Assembly (NCBI GenBank): GCA_964016885.1
Contig: OZ024743.1
Coordinates: 372,062,001-372,126,000, forward strand
Source of the DNA: Eledone cirrhosa
Lineage: Eukaryota
DNA length: 64,000 nt
Direction of reading: 5' to 3'
The notes below the pieces were generated by a model. It was given only the letters and a program-made list of their open reading frames with translations, did no database searches and was not told the origin of the DNA. Shown here piece by piece: positions 61,081 to 64,000 of the stretch. A program made the position numbers and the translations under genes. Positions within the stretch are counted from its first letter, which is position 1; each line of letters opens with the position of its first letter.

Positions 61081-62236
61081 TGTGATTGCTTGAAGACGGT
61101 TGGGGGGGGGGGTGTTCTCGCACATGGCCGCACCAGCCACCCCACTACCGTGCGCAGCTCTAACATGGTTAGTGCTATTGCTGTTTATGCAGTTATTGCG
61201 ATATATATTTGTTGTTGTGCTCATAAATGTTTTGGCATTAATACACTGGTTGGATGCCCTTTCTAACACCAGTGCCACTTTACAGCTTGGACTGGATGCT
61301 TTTATTCGTGCCACCAGCACTAGAGAGGATGTCTTACTGGACTCATGGGCCCTCTCTACCCCTCCATTTTACAGCATGGTCATAACAATAATAACAATAA
61401 CAATAACACTATTAATAATTATTAATTAATGCAATCGTGCAATGCTTGTGCATGAAGAATATTTTTAAAGTGAGGAAAGGCTGTGCACTGAGCCAATCCC
61501 ACTCTCTGAGCGACAGTAGCTATAACCCGAAAAGAAGAAAAGATCAACATCATCGGTAACTACTGAGCCGCAGGTTTTATGTCGGAGTTAACCCAGTTTC
61601 CTGAGATGCCTTCTCCTAGAAGAATGCTCTGACAAGGGCTAGGGGTCCTTCACTCGCAGTGGTTTAACTGCGCGATCGGGTATCCAGCCCAATTATTTCT
61701 ATGTCCCTGCACAAAAAAAAACAAAAACATATATATATATATATATATTTGACAGGAAGTGATGCTCTGACATAGCATGATTGATATGAGACTGGGGTTG
61801 TATATATACACAATGTTCATGTAAATAAACATTTTTATAGCCTTGCTATGAATTTTAGAAGTGGCAAATTTGACCACTAGTTTTTACCAACCAAGAGAGA
61901 GCATGCTAACAACCATTTTGGGTTCTTTAACCGTCTCATGACAATTCAAACATGATGGACAGAAAGTAATGGTGTGTGATCTAGTGGTAAGTGTATTGTA
62001 TTCATGATCATCAGGGCATGAGTTTGATTCCTGAGCAGAATGATACATTGTGTTCTTGAGCAATATACTTCATTCATTTTATGTTACTTTTCATAAGAGG
62101 ACTGGGGCTGCTATCATCAAAATACATAAGAAACCTCCTATGAGATGAAACCTCATAGGCAGCCAGCTAAACCATAAAAATGATGGATAGGATGGAAGAA
62201 AGTAAAGGATGAACGAAGTAACAGGAAGATAGTTAC

Positions 62237-62374
62237 CTTTAGGTTTCCCTGTTGTCCCTGATGAATAAGCTATGTAAGCCAGGTTACACCAATCCATTGA
62301 TATGGGCACCATGTGAGTAGACTCTTTGGCTTGAATTAGATCATTCAAATCTACAATAATTACATCAGCATTGT
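62237..62374 (-). CDS. Exon A of NRPS-like adenylation-domain gene (A3/P-loop motif)
   Basis: Translates to NADVIIVDLNDLIQAKESTHMVPISMDWCNLAYIAYSSGTTGKPK(G), which carries the AMP-binding signature LAY..YSSGTTGKPKG. Acceptor TTTCAG|AC at 62375, donor AAAG|GTAACT at 62236; 138 bp, phase 1-1. Confidence 0.92.
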
Positions 62375-62689
62375 CTGAAAAACAATTTTGAAAGTTAATA
62401 AAAATCAACAACAGTAACAACAATAATGGTTTATTACATAGGCAAAAGGTCATTTTGAATGGTGGTACAGTCAATTATATCGACCTCCCTCCCCAGTACT
62501 CATCTGATACATATTTTTATTGACCCTGGAAGGAGCAATGTTGACCACAGCAAGATTTGAACTTAGACTGTAAATAGTTGGAATAAGTGTTGCAAAGCAT
62601 TTTGTCTAATTGTCTGCCAATTCTACCAGTTTATTAGCCATCTAAATAGTCATTAACGTTTTTGTGAATATATTTTTTATTGAAATACA

Positions 62690-64000
62690 CTAGCAGAGGT
62701 ACCCGGTGTTGCCCGGTATAACTCAATGGAGTAGTCGTTCAAATGAACTGAAAGACTTCCGTTAAACACAACTATAGAAGTAACAATTTATAGGTGTTGG
62801 CCCTAAAGAGGACCTTTGAACGTTCACTTTGAAATATCTCTACGGCGGTGCTGCCAGCAAAGATGAATCCGATGGTAACAATTTAAAGTTGGTGGCTCTA
62901 AAGAGGACCTTTGAACGTTCACTTTGAAATATCTCTGCGGCGGTGCTGCCAGCAAAGAATAATCCGATGGTAACAATTTAAAGTTGGTGGCCCTAAAGAG
63001 GGCCTTTGAACGTTCACTTTGAAATATCTCAGCGGCGGTGCTGCAGCAAAGATGAATCCGATGGTAACAATTTAAAGTTGGTGGCCCTAAAGAGAGTCTT
63101 GGATTGTTCATTCTTAAAAGTCCCAGCAGCAGAACTGTCAGCAAAGATGACTCCGATTAGAGGTGGTGGCCCTTAAGAAGTCCTTCACACCACTTTGGTG
63201 TGTCATATTTGCTTTGCTTGTTAATTGAGATTGTAACCTAGAAAGCATGTAACAGTGGGTGGCCACAAAAACGGACCCTGGCAAGATCACGCTGGAATGT
63301 CAAAAAAATGTGTAAATAAGATGGAGGGAAAAGTAGATTAATTAGGTTAAAACTACGGAACATCGATAGCAAAGCATATAAATGAGGAAAACGGAGACAT
63401 TGAACATTTATAACGTATAGCAAAAGCAACCTCAGAGGCGTATGTGGTATTATCAAAATGACAAAAATAGCACACAGATACAGCAAATGTAAGCACTTAT
63501 ACAAAAAAAAACCGATTACTTGTTGGCGGATGGGGTGCCTACAAAACTTCCTTATAGACTATATTTTGGCTTTTCTCGAGAGTTGCAAAAGAAAATAGGT
63601 TATGTCGGCTCCCCACTCGAGAGCAGCCAACATATAGTTGACCATGGGAGAAGCACGGTTCTTCTAAATTAAGCCCTACGACCGTCAGCGTCTGATACTG
63701 TGATGTGTTAATTGAAATGGCGAAACTGAGCCGGAGAGGGAATTGCAGCCTTCTGAATGTGAAAGGAATATCTTTACCGGATGGAATGAGAGGTATCCTT
63801 GGTATGAAGACAGTATCCCCCTTACCACATCCTGTAAGTATTGTTGCCTCAATAACATGAGGCACTGTCTTTTGGCGGACCAGACGCGTGCCGTTGGAAA
63901 GCCTTCGGAGTTCCAATTTCCTGAGGAGCATGACAAGGGCACCTTTCTTAAGTCGCAGTAAGTGTGGTGGCAATCCAGGAGGGTCTAGGGAGTTAAGAAA
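62690..64000 (-). mobile_element. Helitron 3' part (PIF1 helicase C-terminus, subterminal hairpin, CTAG end)
   Basis: PPHLLRLKKG..VMLLR, NGTRL, IPRIPLIP, RLQFPLRLSFAISIN.SQ.QT, FSHGQLYV.CSRV. The minus strand ends CCGGGCAACACCGGGTACCTCTGCTAG|T at 62690. Confidence 0.93.
62792..63160. repeat. 95-bp minisatellite (3 full copies plus 1 decayed) within the Helitron 3' region
   Basis: G(A/G)CCTTTGAACGTTCACTTTGAAATATCTC at 62811, 62906 and 63001. Confidence 0.92.

Noticed and set aside
62091-62474. Stand-alone 127-aa ORF, or bacterial contamination
   Set aside because: Similarity is confined between an AG and a GT and continues in frame in distant exons; the ORF flanks are intron or SINE sequence.
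62792-63160. CRISPR-like array
   Set aside because: Whole 95-bp units repeat with no unique spacers; eukaryotic Helitron context.

Overview
This is AT-rich, microsatellite-dense eukaryotic (animal) DNA. The repeat spectrum (Nin-domain and other tRNA-derived SINEs, RTE, Dong/R4, Tx1 and I-group LINEs, Penelope-like elements, Helitrons, mariner, (TA)n/(GAT)n/(AAT)n tracts) resembles a mollusc, probably an octopus; the taxon is an inference. The only host gene found is on the minus strand, as three small exons (62237-62374, 29738-29869, 25114-25282). They splice in frame through GT-AG junctions into the core of an NRPS-type adenylation domain that resembles, from recalled motifs, the fungal A-T-R-R glycine-betaine reductase family. 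The rest of the window is intronic or flanking sequence made of nested transposons. The most notable non-coding structures are: (1) five complete minimal type-I hammerhead ribozyme motifs plus one half motif, in Penelope tails and a retrozyme-like unit; (2) a covarying ACTC-stem-loop-stem-TT-GAGT hairpin downstream of the hammerhead in three diverged tails; (3) a near-perfect 1.57-kb-arm inverted repeat; (4) a young non-autonomous LTR element with about 32 nt of captured tRNA-Trp and a doubled PBS. Coordinates were read by eye, and those of degenerate repeats are approximate.
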